In this document: piece by piece, positions 18,509 to 27,584 of the stretch
Position numbering within the stretch: the stretch's first letter is position 1
How the letters are laid out: every line of letters begins with the position of its first letter
From: Gemmatimonadota bacterium
GTDB lineage: Bacteria > Gemmatimonadota > Gemmatimonadetes > Gemmatimonadales > GWC2-71-9
Assembly (NCBI GenBank): GCA_027294815.1
Contig: JAPULP010000200.1
Span: 1 to 37,544, forward strand
DNA: 37,544 nt
Reading direction: 5' to 3'
Translations under genes and position numbers: made by a program
Notes under the pieces: generated by a model
The model's input: the letters and a program-made list of their open reading frames with translations, nothing else
What the model was told of the DNA's origin: nothing
Database searches by the model: none

Positions 18509-19544
18509 GGTAGGTGGTGCGGAGCGCGTCGATGACCTCATCGAGATCCCCGTCGAGGACGGCTTCGAGCTTGTGGACGGTGAAGTTGATGCGGTGGTCG
18601 GTCTCGCGGTTCTGCGGGAAGTTGTAGGTGCGAATCTTGGCCGACCGGTCACCCGTTCCGACCATCGCGCGGCGCTCGCGCGCCCGTTCCGCCTCCTTCT
18701 CGGCGAGGAACCGATCCAGCATGCGGGCTCGCAGCACCTCCATCGCCTTGATCTTGTTCTGGAGCTGCGATTTCTGGTCCTGGCACTGGACCACAAGTCC
18801 GGTGGGGACATGCGTAATACGCACCGCGCTGTCGGTGGTATTCACGCTCTGGCCGCCCGGGCCGGACGACCTGAACACGTCGATCTTGAGATCGCTCTCG
18901 TCGATCTTGACGTCGACGTCTTCGGCTTCCGGCAGGATGGCAACGGTGGCTGCGGACGTGTGAATCCTGCCCTGGGTCTCCGTCGCGGGTACGCGCTGGA
19001 CGCGGTGCACGCCGGATTCGTACCGGAGCCGCCCGTACGCCGCGTCTCCTTTGACCTTGAACACGGCGTCCTTGACGCCGCCGAGCTTGCCCTCGGAGAG
19101 GGAGACCGTCTCCACGAACCAACCTCGGCGCTCGGCGTACCGCTGGTACATCCTGAGCAGGTCCGCGGCGAACAGGGCAGCCTCGTCTCCCCCCGTCCCG
19201 GCCCGTATCTCGACGATTGTATCGCGGTCGTCGAGGGGATCGGGCGGGACGAGCAACTGCTGGAGCTCTTGCTGCAGGTCCGCAACCTCGGGTTCGAGGT
19301 GCTCGACATCCGCCTCGGCTAATTCGACCAGCTCGGGGTCGGGTTCCCGAGACATCTCCCGGGCCTGATCCAACTCTCCATTGAGCTTGTCGAGGCGGGT
19401 TGCGGTCCGACGGATTTGGTCCAGCCGGGCGTGCTCCCGGCCAAGCGCCTTGAGCTTCTCGTGGTCAGCAGCGACCGCCGGGTCGGCGAGTTGCTGCTCG
19501 ATTTCGGCCGCGCGAGCAAGCGCGGCTTCGAGCCGCGCCTGCAA
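18486..19544 (-). CDS. prfA: Peptide chain release factor 1
   Basis: GGQ motif ([24 protein letters not shown]) and RF1-type PAT-region context. TTG start 2 nt after the rpmE stop, with GAGGG upstream. Confidence 0.9.
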   Translation of the reverse strand: MQARLEAALARAAEIEQQLADPAVAADHEKLKALGREHARLDQIRRTATRLDKLNGELDQAREMSREPDPELVELAEADVEHLEPEVADLQQELQQLLVPPDPLDDRDTIVEIRAGTGGDEAALFAADLLRMYQRYAERRGWFVETVSLSEGKLGGVKDAVFKVKGDAAYGRLRYESGVHRVQRVPATETQGRIHTSAATVAILPEAEDVDVKIDESDLKIDVFRSSGPGGQSVNTTDSAVRITHVPTGLVVQCQDQKSQLQNKIKAMEVLRARMLDRFLAEKEAERARERRAMVGTGDRSAKIRTYNFPQNRETDHRINFTVHKLEAVLDGDLDEVIDALRTTYLEERAEY

Positions 19545-19546
19545 GG

Positions 19547-19765
19547 TTAACCCTCTTTCTTGGCAGTCTTGGTCGAGTACCGCTGCCGGAAGCGTTCAAC
19601 GCGACCGGCCGTATCGACGAGACGCTGCTTTCCCGTGAAAAACGGGTGGCAACGCCCGCAGATCTCGACGTGAATCGAGGAAAGGGTCGAGCGGGTCTCG
19701 AAGGTATTGCCGCAAGCGCATAGCGCTGTGACCACGTGATATTCGGGGTGAATTTTCGTCTTCAC
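19547..19765 (-). CDS. rpmE: 50S ribosomal protein L31 (Cys-containing, zinc-type)
   Basis: MKTKIHPEY...[12 protein letters not shown]...[16 protein letters not shown] start with GGAG 6 nt upstream. Confidence 0.9.
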   Translation of the reverse strand: MKTKIHPEYHVVTALCACGNTFETRSTLSSIHVEICGRCHPFFTGKQRLVDTAGRVERFRQRYSTKTAKKEG

Positions 19766-19859
19766 CGTTCACTCCAATAGCTGTCCAACGATTGAATTTG
19801 AGCGCGGAAATATAACCGGGACAGTGACTTGAGAGCAACAGCGAGGTCCGTTTTCTTAA

Positions 19860-19888
19860 TTGACACGACCTCCGGCCCTCGCTAATCT
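19860..19888 (+). promoter_or_regulatory. Candidate sigma70-type promoter for the Crp-like gene (TTGACA, 17-nt spacer, TAATCT)
   Basis: TTGACA at 19860-19865 and TAATCT at 19883-19888, about 30 nt upstream of the ATG at 19918. The promoter consensus of this lineage is unknown. Confidence 0.3.
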
Positions 19889-19917
19889 TGACGGGCGTCT
19901 CGCCTGCGAGCATCCAC

Positions 19918-20589
19918 ATGTCGGTGGCTATCACCCTCAAATCCGTACCACTTTTCGCGCACCTGGCTGAACACGAACTCAGGCGGGTGGCTGAATTGAC
20001 CCGTCGGCGCAAATACCCCAAGGGCAGCGTCATCTTGTTCGAGGACGACCCCGGCGATGCCCTGTACGTCGTGGTTGCGGGACATGTCAAGGTCGTTCTC
20101 ATCGGGGAGGACGGCCGGGAAGTCATCCTGGCCACCTTGGCCGACGGCGATTTCTTCGGTGAGATGTCGCTGATCGACGATGAGCCCCGGTCGGCCCACG
20201 TGATAGCCATGGAGAGTTCGGATCTCTTGGTGTTGCGGAGAGACGATTTCCAGCGTTGCCTCGACGAAACCCCACGCATCGCCATCGGTCTCTTGAGAGC
20301 ACTCACCCGACGACTCCGCCTTGCCGACAGCAAGATCGGCGGATTGGTGCTACTGGACGTCACGGGTCGGGTGGCCCGAATCCTTCTGGAGATGGCCGAC
20401 GAAAACGATGGGGTAGTGATCCAAAAAAAGGTGACCCACCACCAAATTGCTCAGATGATCGGGTCGAGCCGCGAAACCGTCTCCCGGACGATGCGGACCC
20501 TCGCGGAGGAAAATCTCATCGAGATGGTCGGAAAGACGATCAAGGTACGGAACCGCGCGGCCATGGAGGCCGCCGCGGGATTACGGTGA
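19918..20589 (+). CDS. Crp/Fnr-family transcriptional regulator (cNMP-binding domain plus C-terminal HTH)
   Basis: Cyclic-nucleotide-binding signature: LFEDDPGDALYVVVAGHVKV...GDFFGEMSLIDDEPRSAHVIA. HTH: THHQIAQMIGSSRETVSRTMRTL. The ATG at 19918 is preferred over the TTG at 19888. Confidence 0.85.
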   Translation: MSVAITLKSVPLFAHLAEHELRRVAELTRRRKYPKGSVILFEDDPGDALYVVVAGHVKVVLIGEDGREVILATLADGDFFGEMSLIDDEPRSAHVIAMESSDLLVLRRDDFQRCLDETPRIAIGLLRALTRRLRLADSKIGGLVLLDVTGRVARILLEMADENDGVVIQKKVTHHQIAQMIGSSRETVSRTMRTLAEENLIEMVGKTIKVRNRAAMEAAAGLR

Positions 20590-20600
20590 GGGATCTCACG
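20585..20600. promoter_or_regulatory. CRP-type palindrome GTGA-N6-TCAC (GGTGAGGGATCTCACG) overlapping the Crp-like stop codon, about 80 nt upstream of the MBL hydrolase gene
   Basis: Direct reading: GTGA at 20586-20589, spacer GGGATC, TCAC at 20596-20599. This matches the core of the TGTGA-N6-TCACA class of Crp-family sites, but it could equally be a 5-bp hairpin. Confidence 0.3.
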
Positions 20601-20675
20601 GAGTGCAGGTGACCCTATGCCTAGCTTGCCGCCGGACGAAACCGCCAGATTACACGCTGTGGAAGGGATGACGGC

Positions 20676-21539
20676 ATGTATCGAGTGACTTTCTGGGGTA
20701 CCCGGGGGTCGATCCCGACTCCGGGAGCCGGGACGTCACGTTACGGCGGCAACACGCCGGCGCTGGAGGTTCGTTACGAGACCTCGAATGGCGCCGAGGT
20801 GCTGATTCTCGACGCGGGAACTGGTGTACGAGCCCTGGGCCAACAGCTTTCCTCGAACGGAAAGCCGGTGAGCGTGGATCTCCTCGTGAGTCACACGCAT
20901 TGGGACCACATACAGGGACTGCCGTTTTTCAGGCCGTTCTTCGAACCGGGAAATGCAATCCGGATTTGGGGAGCCCGACAGGGTGGAATCGACTTGGAGG
21001 AGATCCTTCGGAACCAGATGAGTCCGGTGGTTTTCCCGGTTCCGCTGGACAGCTTGGCGGCCGAGTTGGTGGTCAACCACATCGAACCGGGCGCGTTCGA
21101 GTTGGCGGGTTTCCAGGTTCGAGCGATGCAGGTGCGGCACCCGGGCATGACCTTGGCGTTTCGCCTCACGCCGGTGGGCGGCGGTGCAAGCTTCGCTTAC
21201 GCACCGGACAACGAGTTGGGGTCTGGCGGAGATTACGACGTACCGGCGTCGTGGCGCGAGGATTTCGTCGAGTTTCTGAGCGGAGCCGACGTGCTGATCC
21301 ACGACGCGATGTACACCTCCGACGAGTTGGAACGTTACCGAGGCTGGGGGCACTCCTCGAATCTCGAAGCCATCGAGATCGCGACGGAGGCGGGGGTAAA
21401 GCAGTTGGTGATGTTTCATCACCGCCCGGAACACGACGACGACCAAGTCGACATCATGGTGCAAGAGACACAGGAGGCCGCCGCGGGAAGCGGGGTCGAT
21501 GTGGTTGCGGCCCATGAAGGAATGGAAATTACCCTGTAG
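20676..21539 (+). CDS. MBL-fold metallo-hydrolase; any link to cyclic-nucleotide turnover rests on context only
   Basis: MYRVTFWGTRGSIPTPG...YGGNTPALEV...LILDAGTG...SHTHWDHIQGLPFF (HxHxDH). Confidence 0.8.
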   Translation: MYRVTFWGTRGSIPTPGAGTSRYGGNTPALEVRYETSNGAEVLILDAGTGVRALGQQLSSNGKPVSVDLLVSHTHWDHIQGLPFFRPFFEPGNAIRIWGARQGGIDLEEILRNQMSPVVFPVPLDSLAAELVVNHIEPGAFELAGFQVRAMQVRHPGMTLAFRLTPVGGGASFAYAPDNELGSGGDYDVPASWREDFVEFLSGADVLIHDAMYTSDELERYRGWGHSSNLEAIEIATEAGVKQLVMFHHRPEHDDDQVDIMVQETQEAAAGSGVDVVAAHEGMEITL

Positions 21540-21597
21540 CACTCGGGAGGCCACCGAGCGGTTGCAACAGTTGGGCGGATTGTAATAACATAGGCGC

Positions 21598-22377
21598 GTG
21601 ATCGCGCGTATTTCCGCCCTCGGCAACGTTGGAGTGCGCTGGTTGACCCGTTTTGGGGCACTGGCAAGCTTTCTATTCCTCACCGTCGGCGCGTGGGCCT
21701 CGCTGCCGCGGGCGGGACGTCGGGTTGTCCGTCGGGTGTTCCTCAATCAGGTCTGGTTCACGGCGATTCAAGCGATCCCCCTGATCGCCATGCTCTCGGG
21801 CATTCTGAGCTTTATCGTCATCTCCCAGGCGGTACGCGAACTGGGGCAAATAGGGGCCACCGAGCTGCTCGGGACGTTGATAGTGGTCGCGATCGTCCGC
21901 GAATTGGGGCCGCTGCTGACCGCGTTGACCGTTGCCGGTCGATCGGGTACGGCGATCGCCGCGGAATTGGCAACCAACCGGGTCATGGGAGAAATCGACG
22001 CGCTCGAGGGGATGGGGATAGACCCGGTGCACTACCTCGTCCTCCCTCGCTTTCTCGGCGCTATCTGCTCGGTCTTCGGACTGATCATCCTTTTCGATAT
22101 CGTCGCGGTGCTTGCCGGGCTCGGAGCGGCCGTGGCCAACGGGATGACGGCGGCTCGATATTTCGACATTGTCCTCGCGTCGATCACGTTCCGCGACGTC
22201 TGGTTGTCGGGCGCTAAGGGGATGGTCTTCGGAATAGTGATAGGTACCGTGCCCGCGTTTCACGGTTTGCGCGCGGGTAAGGCGGCAACGCAAGTACCGG
22301 TGGCGGCCGGTCAGGCCGTTGTGGTCAGTATTGTCGGGATTTTCGTACTGGCCGCCGTTTTCGTTGCGCTCAGCTGA
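21598..22377 (+). CDS. mlaE: MlaE-like ABC transporter permease
   Basis: Hallmark segment IVRELGPLLTALTVAGRSGTAIAAELATNRVMGEIDALEGMGIDPVHYLVLPRFLG. GTG start. Confidence 0.85.
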   Translation: MIARISALGNVGVRWLTRFGALASFLFLTVGAWASLPRAGRRVVRRVFLNQVWFTAIQAIPLIAMLSGILSFIVISQAVRELGQIGATELLGTLIVVAIVRELGPLLTALTVAGRSGTAIAAELATNRVMGEIDALEGMGIDPVHYLVLPRFLGAICSVFGLIILFDIVAVLAGLGAAVANGMTAARYFDIVLASITFRDVWLSGAKGMVFGIVIGTVPAFHGLRAGKAATQVPVAAGQAVVVSIVGIFVLAAVFVALS

Positions 22378-23051
22378 TGACCGACGCGCCACTGGTTTTC
22401 CGCGACGTTCCCTTGAACGACGGTGGGGCAGCAACCGTCACCCTCGAGGTACCGGCGCATCGCGCCGTTTCGGTCGTGGGTGGCGAGAACAGCGGCATCG
22501 CCCTCCTCGGCCGAATGGCGTTGGGCTTCATCACGCCAACCAGTGGACACCTGACGGTGCTCGGCACCGAGCTTGCGACACTGTCCAGGCGGGACTTGCT
22601 CGCGTATCGGCGCCGGGTGGGCTACCTTCCCGCAGGGAACGGCTTGCTGCAGAATCTCACGCTGCGACAGAACGTTGCGTTGCCCTTGCGGTTCGGCAGT
22701 GACCTTTCCGAGCGCGAAATCGAAAGCCGGTTGAACATCATGCTCGCTGCGGCCGGACTCGCCGCCGTGGGGCATCTGCGACCCACACAGGCCTCCGAGG
22801 AGCAGCAACGTCGGGCCGCCATGGCCCGCGCGTTGGCCTTTGACCCCAAGCTCGTGATTCTCGAGGAGCCTTTTATTGGACTCACGGATCGGGCGGCGAG
22901 GAACGTCCTCGAAACAGCCCGGGGGGGTGACAGCGGCGAAGGTTCGCACCGCACCGTCTTTGCCGTGGGTTCCAACGTTCCGGCCTTGGTGTCTCGGCGC
23001 TTCGAGCTGCGCTATCGACTGATACGCGGCGTGCTACAGCAGGAGGATTGA
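22377..23051 (+). CDS. MlaF-like ABC ATPase homologue with all catalytic motifs degenerate (probable pseudo-ATPase)
   Basis: The ABC fold can be followed, but each motif is altered. Walker A is GGENSGIAL (expected GxxGxGKT/S). The Q-loop region is YLPAGNG, with no Gln. The signature is ASEEQ (expected LSGGQ). Walker B is VILEEP. The H-loop region is VFAVGSN, with no His. Its ATG overlaps the mlaE stop (TGATG). Confidence 0.8.
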   Translation: MTDAPLVFRDVPLNDGGAATVTLEVPAHRAVSVVGGENSGIALLGRMALGFITPTSGHLTVLGTELATLSRRDLLAYRRRVGYLPAGNGLLQNLTLRQNVALPLRFGSDLSEREIESRLNIMLAAAGLAAVGHLRPTQASEEQQRRAAMARALAFDPKLVILEEPFIGLTDRAARNVLETARGGDSGEGSHRTVFAVGSNVPALVSRRFELRYRLIRGVLQQED

Positions 23052-23058
23052 CTGGGGC

Positions 23059-23979
23059 GTGGAATCGTATCGCGACTTCACGGTTGGCCTTTTTATTCTG
23101 GCAAGCATCGGGATCATCCTGGGATTGCTCGTCATTACGAGCAATGCGCTGGACGACCGTCAGGATTTCTACATGCGCGCCGCGACGGCGGATGGACTGA
23201 CACAAGACACCAGAGTGTCGTTACGGGGACTGCAGATCGGTCGCGTTACCCAGGTCAATCCTCGGGTGGATGATGCGGGCGTGTCGTTCGTCGCCCGACT
23301 CAGTCTCCGACGAACGTACCCGGACGGAACGCTGTTACAGCTTCCCGTCGGCACACGTGCCGTGATCGCCGCGCCGCTCCCGATCTCCATCGCAGCGGCG
23401 GCGGTGGACTTGGAAATCCCAGGTCAAGCGGCGGGGACCGAATTCCTCCAACCTGGCGACACGATTGACTCCGACCGCATTCCAGGGGCCGTGGACCTTC
23501 TCGGCCAAGTTGCCACGGCTCTGAAGAGCGAAGTACTCCAAACGCTGGCGCAGACGCAGGTATTGATCGAACAGAGCACGAGGACGATCGCCGAAACCCA
23601 CGGCATCATCGAATCCACGCAACGCCTCATTGGCACGACCACCCCGAAGGTGGAACAGGCATTGGAACTGTTGGCAGCGAGCCTCGAGCGCACCGACCAA
23701 ATCCTCGCGGAGATCTCGCCCCGTGTTGGTCCGCTGCAGGACAGCCTCATGGCGACGCTTGCACAGGCGAGGCGTATCTTGACGTCGTTCGACACGCTGG
23801 CGACCACAGCGCACGAATTGTTGGCCGAAAATCGCAATGTCATCCAAGAGGCATTGGCCCGTCTCGCGCACACCACCACAGTGCTGGACCATTTCGCCGA
23901 GCAAGTGACACGTCGTCCCCTTCGCTTCCTCACCGGCGTCACCCTACCACCGCCGGACACGACGGAAAAACGGCGATGA
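23059..23979 (+). CDS. MlaD/MCE-domain protein with a long C-terminal helical region
   Basis: N-terminal TM helix (FTVGLFILASIGIILGLLVI), then an MCE-like segment (GLTQDTRVSLRGLQIGRVTQV...), then an extended Q/L/T/A-rich helical tail. GTG start after AGGAGGA. Confidence 0.75.
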   Translation: MESYRDFTVGLFILASIGIILGLLVITSNALDDRQDFYMRAATADGLTQDTRVSLRGLQIGRVTQVNPRVDDAGVSFVARLSLRRTYPDGTLLQLPVGTRAVIAAPLPISIAAAAVDLEIPGQAAGTEFLQPGDTIDSDRIPGAVDLLGQVATALKSEVLQTLAQTQVLIEQSTRTIAETHGIIESTQRLIGTTTPKVEQALELLAASLERTDQILAEISPRVGPLQDSLMATLAQARRILTSFDTLATTAHELLAENRNVIQEALARLAHTTTVLDHFAEQVTRRPLRFLTGVTLPPPDTTEKRR

Positions 23980-25925
23980 AGTACCAGCTCTTTCACGCGA
24001 AGAGTTTCGACCCAACGCCCCTCGCCGGTACGCTCTCGACCGCGGGCATCGAAACGACACCCGTGCACTCGTCGGACGATCTCATTGTCGGGGAACGACC
24101 GACCATCCTGTTGTTGGATCCTGCGGGGCGGCAACTGTTTTCTCTCGCGAACCTGCGGTCTTTCGTAGACGCGGGGGGAGCGATTGTGGCCCTGGCCGGG
24201 GAGGGTGACGGCCCCGCTGCGCCAGCCATTCCGGATCATTTGCTCAGCGGATTGATCGCAACACCATACCAGACTCGTGAGCTTCTGATTTCGCTCAAGA
24301 CGGCGTTTCGCGACGCGGCGACCCGAACCGAAAACAAGCGCCTCCGTGCGAACGCTGAAGCACGGAGCAAGGAACTGGACGAGCTGACCCGTATCGGTGT
24401 CGCACTCAATACCGAGCGGGATTACGACGCTTTGCTGTCCTTGGTCCTCTCGCAAGCGCGACGCGTCACCTCCTCGGACGCAGGCAGCCTGTATCTGGTG
24501 GAATCCGCCGAGGACGGCACACAAATGCTGCGGTTCAAGATCACACAGAATCATTCTCGCCCCGAGATTCCGCTGTACGAGTTCACCATTCCCATCGATC
24601 ACACCAGTATCGCGGGTTATGTGGCCAGTACCGGAGAGGCGCTGGTGATCGACGATGCCTACTTCCTTCCGCCGGACGTCGAGTACTCCATCAACCGGTC
24701 GTTCGACAAAAAGAACCGATACCGCACGAAATCGATGCTGACGATTCCCATGCGGAATCACAAGAGCGAGGTCATCGGCGCACTCCAACTCATCAATCGC
24801 AAGCGAGATCGTGAAGCGGTTCTCGCCGCTCCGGAAGACTTCGACGCACAGGTCACTCCCTACAGTCGTCGTACCGTCGACTTGGTGTCCGGCCTGGCGG
24901 GACAGGCAGCAGTATCCATCGAAAACAGCCAACTCTACGAAAGCATCGAGCGACTCTTCGAGGGCTTCGTCACGGCGGCGGTCACCGCCATCGAACAGCG
25001 CGACCCAACGACATTCGGCCATTCGGGGCGTGTGGCCACGATGACCGTTGACATCGCTCGCGCTACCGACCGGGTCACGGTTGGCCCTTACGAAGACCTC
25101 TCCTTCACGCGCGAGCAATTGCGGGAAATCCGTTACGCCGGCTTGTTACACGATTTCGGCAAGGTAGGCGTACGCGAACAGGTCTTGGTGAAGTCGAAAA
25201 AGCTGTACCCGCCCGACCTTACACTCCTCAAACAGCGCTACGCGTTCATCCGTCGAACGACCGAGCGCAACTTTTATAGGCACCGGACGGAGTATCTCGA
25301 ACAACATGGTAACGAAGGGTACGACGCGTTCCTCGAGCGCATGCGCAGGGAGTACGACGACTCCATCAAGGGATTGGACCGGTTTTTGTCGCTCGTGTTG
25401 GAATCCAACGAGCCGACCGTCCTGCCCGACGGAAGTTTCGACGAGTTACTTCAATACGCCGACCACTACTACCAAGACCTCGACGATGCGCAGCAAGCCT
25501 ATCTCACCAGCGACGAGGTACGATACCTCACGATTCGCAAGGGAAGTTTGGACGAGTCGGAACGTGTGGAAATCGAGAGCCATGTGAACCACACCTACCG
25601 GTTTTTGATGCAGATCCCGTGGACCAGCGAGCTCCAGGACATACCCCGCATCGCATACGGCCACCATGAAAAGCTGAATGGCGGGGGCTACCCGCAAGGC
25701 GTGCGGGGCGACGACATTCCCATCCAGACAAGGATGATGACGATCGCCGACATCTTCGACGCGCTGACCGCCTCCGATCGTCCCTACAAACGGGCCGTCC
25801 CCGCCGAGAGCGCCTTGAATATCTTGTCGAGTGAAGTAAAGGACGGGATGTTGGACGCCGACCTCTTCCAAATCTTTCACGAAGCACGCGTCTACGAAGA
25901 AAAAGACCAGAGCCCTACAATTTGA
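23976..25925 (+). CDS. HD-GYP domain protein (putative c-di-GMP phosphodiesterase) with a degenerate receiver-like N-terminus and a GAF domain
   Basis: HD (LLHDFGKVGV) and HHEKLNGGGYPQG motifs. GAF-like region: DYDALLSLVLSQARRVTSSDAGSLYLV...IGALQLINRK. A long extra segment separates the HD and HHE..GYP motifs compared with the compact canonical domain. Its ATG overlaps the mlaD-like stop (ATGA). Confidence 0.85.
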   Translation: MKYQLFHAKSFDPTPLAGTLSTAGIETTPVHSSDDLIVGERPTILLLDPAGRQLFSLANLRSFVDAGGAIVALAGEGDGPAAPAIPDHLLSGLIATPYQTRELLISLKTAFRDAATRTENKRLRANAEARSKELDELTRIGVALNTERDYDALLSLVLSQARRVTSSDAGSLYLVESAEDGTQMLRFKITQNHSRPEIPLYEFTIPIDHTSIAGYVASTGEALVIDDAYFLPPDVEYSINRSFDKKNRYRTKSMLTIPMRNHKSEVIGALQLINRKRDREAVLAAPEDFDAQVTPYSRRTVDLVSGLAGQAAVSIENSQLYESIERLFEGFVTAAVTAIEQRDPTTFGHSGRVATMTVDIARATDRVTVGPYEDLSFTREQLREIRYAGLLHDFGKVGVREQVLVKSKKLYPPDLTLLKQRYAFIRRTTERNFYRHRTEYLEQHGNEGYDAFLERMRREYDDSIKGLDRFLSLVLESNEPTVLPDGSFDELLQYADHYYQDLDDAQQAYLTSDEVRYLTIRKGSLDESERVEIESHVNHTYRFLMQIPWTSELQDIPRIAYGHHEKLNGGGYPQGVRGDDIPIQTRMMTIADIFDALTASDRPYKRAVPAESALNILSSEVKDGMLDADLFQIFHEARVYEEKDQSPTI

Positions 25926-26928
25926 TCGGCGCCCCCGTCGTCGCAGACCGGTAGATCGCGTCCATCACCCGGTGCACCGTCATTTGCTCGCTAAGGTCGG
26001 AGCGCTCCACCTCGCCTCGAATGAGTGCACCAAAATGCAACCACAGTGAGATCGAGGCGGCCGTGAACGGATTCTTTCGTTCTGACGTTCCCGTCGGCGT
26101 CACGTTCACCGGCGATCCGTGCATCTCCTTGAATACCGCCAATGGGCTCACCGTGCCGGAACCTTCCGACCCCAACAACTCGAACCAGTAGCGCCCCGCA
26201 TCTCCAACGTAGTGCCACGAGACGTCGACCGTGATCGACACGCCGTGCTCGCACGTGATCAACGCAACACCCGAATCTTCTACTTCCGCCCCTGCCTCGT
26301 CTTGGGAGCCGAAGGACGCGGTCACGTGGCACGGCTTCGGCCAATCCAGCATCCACAGCGCCAAATCGACCAGCGGGAGACCCAAATCGAGCATCGCGCC
26401 GCCTCCCGACTGGGCCCGGTGCCGCCTCCACCCCAACCCGCGCCGTGCCGGTTTGAACTTGAACCAACCGGTACGGACCGCCTGTAGCGTCCCCAGCTCA
26501 CCACCATCGAGGAATTGCTTCACCGCCTGCACGTCCGGGCGGAAGCGGTTCTGCATCGCCACCAGAACGACTCGGTCCGCCCGCTTCTGCTCCGCGATGA
26601 CATCTTCAACGCCCGCCAGCGACAACCCCAGCGGACGCTCGCACAGGACATGGGCGCCCGCGGCGAGGGCTGTCTTTAGGTGCACCTCGTGAAGGTGATT
26701 GGGCGTGCAGACCGCCACCGCATCCGGCTTTGAACGTTCGAGGAGATGTTCGATATCGTCGAAGACGTCTGGGATTTCAAAACGCGTGGCGAGAGACCGC
26801 GCCTTCGCCACATCGTTGTCGCAAATCGATACCAGCTCGAACTCGTCCAAGCGAGAAAGCGCCGGCAGATGCGCCACCTGAGCGACGGCACCAGCACCAA
26901 TCACCCCGACTCGCACCGGTCCCGACAT
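25915..26928 (-). CDS. Gfo/Idh/MocA-family NAD(P)-dependent oxidoreductase
   Basis: VRVGVIGAGAVAQVAHLPAL Rossmann N-terminus and ...AVAVCTPNHLHEVHLKTALAAGAHVLCERPL. The 3' end overlaps the convergent HD-GYP gene by 11 nt. Confidence 0.85.
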   Translation of the reverse strand: MSGPVRVGVIGAGAVAQVAHLPALSRLDEFELVSICDNDVAKARSLATRFEIPDVFDDIEHLLERSKPDAVAVCTPNHLHEVHLKTALAAGAHVLCERPLGLSLAGVEDVIAEQKRADRVVLVAMQNRFRPDVQAVKQFLDGGELGTLQAVRTGWFKFKPARRGLGWRRHRAQSGGGAMLDLGLPLVDLALWMLDWPKPCHVTASFGSQDEAGAEVEDSGVALITCEHGVSITVDVSWHYVGDAGRYWFELLGSEGSGTVSPLAVFKEMHGSPVNVTPTGTSERKNPFTAASISLWLHFGALIRGEVERSDLSEQMTVHRVMDAIYRSATTGAPIKL

Positions 26929-27572
26929 TAGTTGCTACCAAGAATCCGATACATGAAACCTGCCCGCACGGAGGCCATGATCAGCTCGCTACTCAAGGTG
27001 CCCCGTATGTCCGTCGTGAAATTAAAGTGGTTGGCCAACGCAACCTCCATCCCCAGCGAGAGGTCCGCGCTCGCCGCGATGGTATCGAGGGCGTCCTCGA
27101 CAAAGGTGTTCTCAATTGCGGTTCCTGAGCCGTTGCGAATGTGAGCGCCAAATCCCAAACCGATATAGCTGAGAAACCGTGGCCCGGATGGGAAGACGTA
27201 CTGCAGGTCGAGGGTGGCTTCCAAGTTGGACCACCTGATCTCCCCGACGTCCACCGTCGCATCACCAGTCGGATCCTGCACGATCTGGAGGAGTTGACGC
27301 TGAAACTCCAGAATTTCTTCTTGATTCAACTGACCCTTGAAGTAGTTGGCGCCGAACATTACGCGCACCCGCGGCGCAATCATGCCGTAATCCACCCGCA
27401 CACCAGCGGACACTTCGGTCGTCAGCCGGTTCGAGCCCACAGGGCCGATGTCGAACCCGATACCTGAAAAGCCGAGGCCCTCATAGCTGAACTGCTCGAG
27501 GAAACTCTGGGCCGTAACCGAGCCGGGTGTGAGGAGCAAGATGGCGGCGATGGTAAGAGCTTTAACGGACAT
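26928..27572 (-). CDS. Small outer-membrane beta-barrel protein (function unknown)
   Basis: Signal peptide MSVKALTIAAILLLTPGSVTAQ. Alternating beta-strand pattern rich in G/Y/F. Its stop overlaps the oxidoreductase start (TAATG). Confidence 0.6.
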   Translation of the reverse strand: MSVKALTIAAILLLTPGSVTAQSFLEQFSYEGLGFSGIGFDIGPVGSNRLTTEVSAGVRVDYGMIAPRVRVMFGANYFKGQLNQEEILEFQRQLLQIVQDPTGDATVDVGEIRWSNLEATLDLQYVFPSGPRFLSYIGLGFGAHIRNGSGTAIENTFVEDALDTIAASADLSLGMEVALANHFNFTTDIRGTLSSELIMASVRAGFMYRILGSN

Positions 27573-27584
27573 AAGTCTGGGTTT

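Noticed and set aside
17615-18811. Long N-terminal extensions in the ORF track for prmC (to 18811), the SpoIID-like gene (to 29094), the NtrC-like gene (to 33649), thpR (to 35018) and the S41 protease (to 17085)
   Set aside because: Each extension overlaps the 3' part of the well-supported upstream gene in another frame and is Arg/Pro-rich. The internal starts give family-typical N-termini and, in most cases, stop/start overlaps or Shine-Dalgarno sequences.
20736-21746. 336-aa ORF antisense to the MBL hydrolase gene
   Set aside because: The sense frame has the HxHxDH motif and a family-typical N-terminus. The antisense translation is Arg-rich with no motif.
23424-25118. 564-aa ORF antisense to the mlaD-like and HD-GYP genes
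   Set aside because: The sense-strand genes carry clear MCE, GAF and HD-GYP motifs and are start/stop-coupled. The antisense product has no recognisable features.
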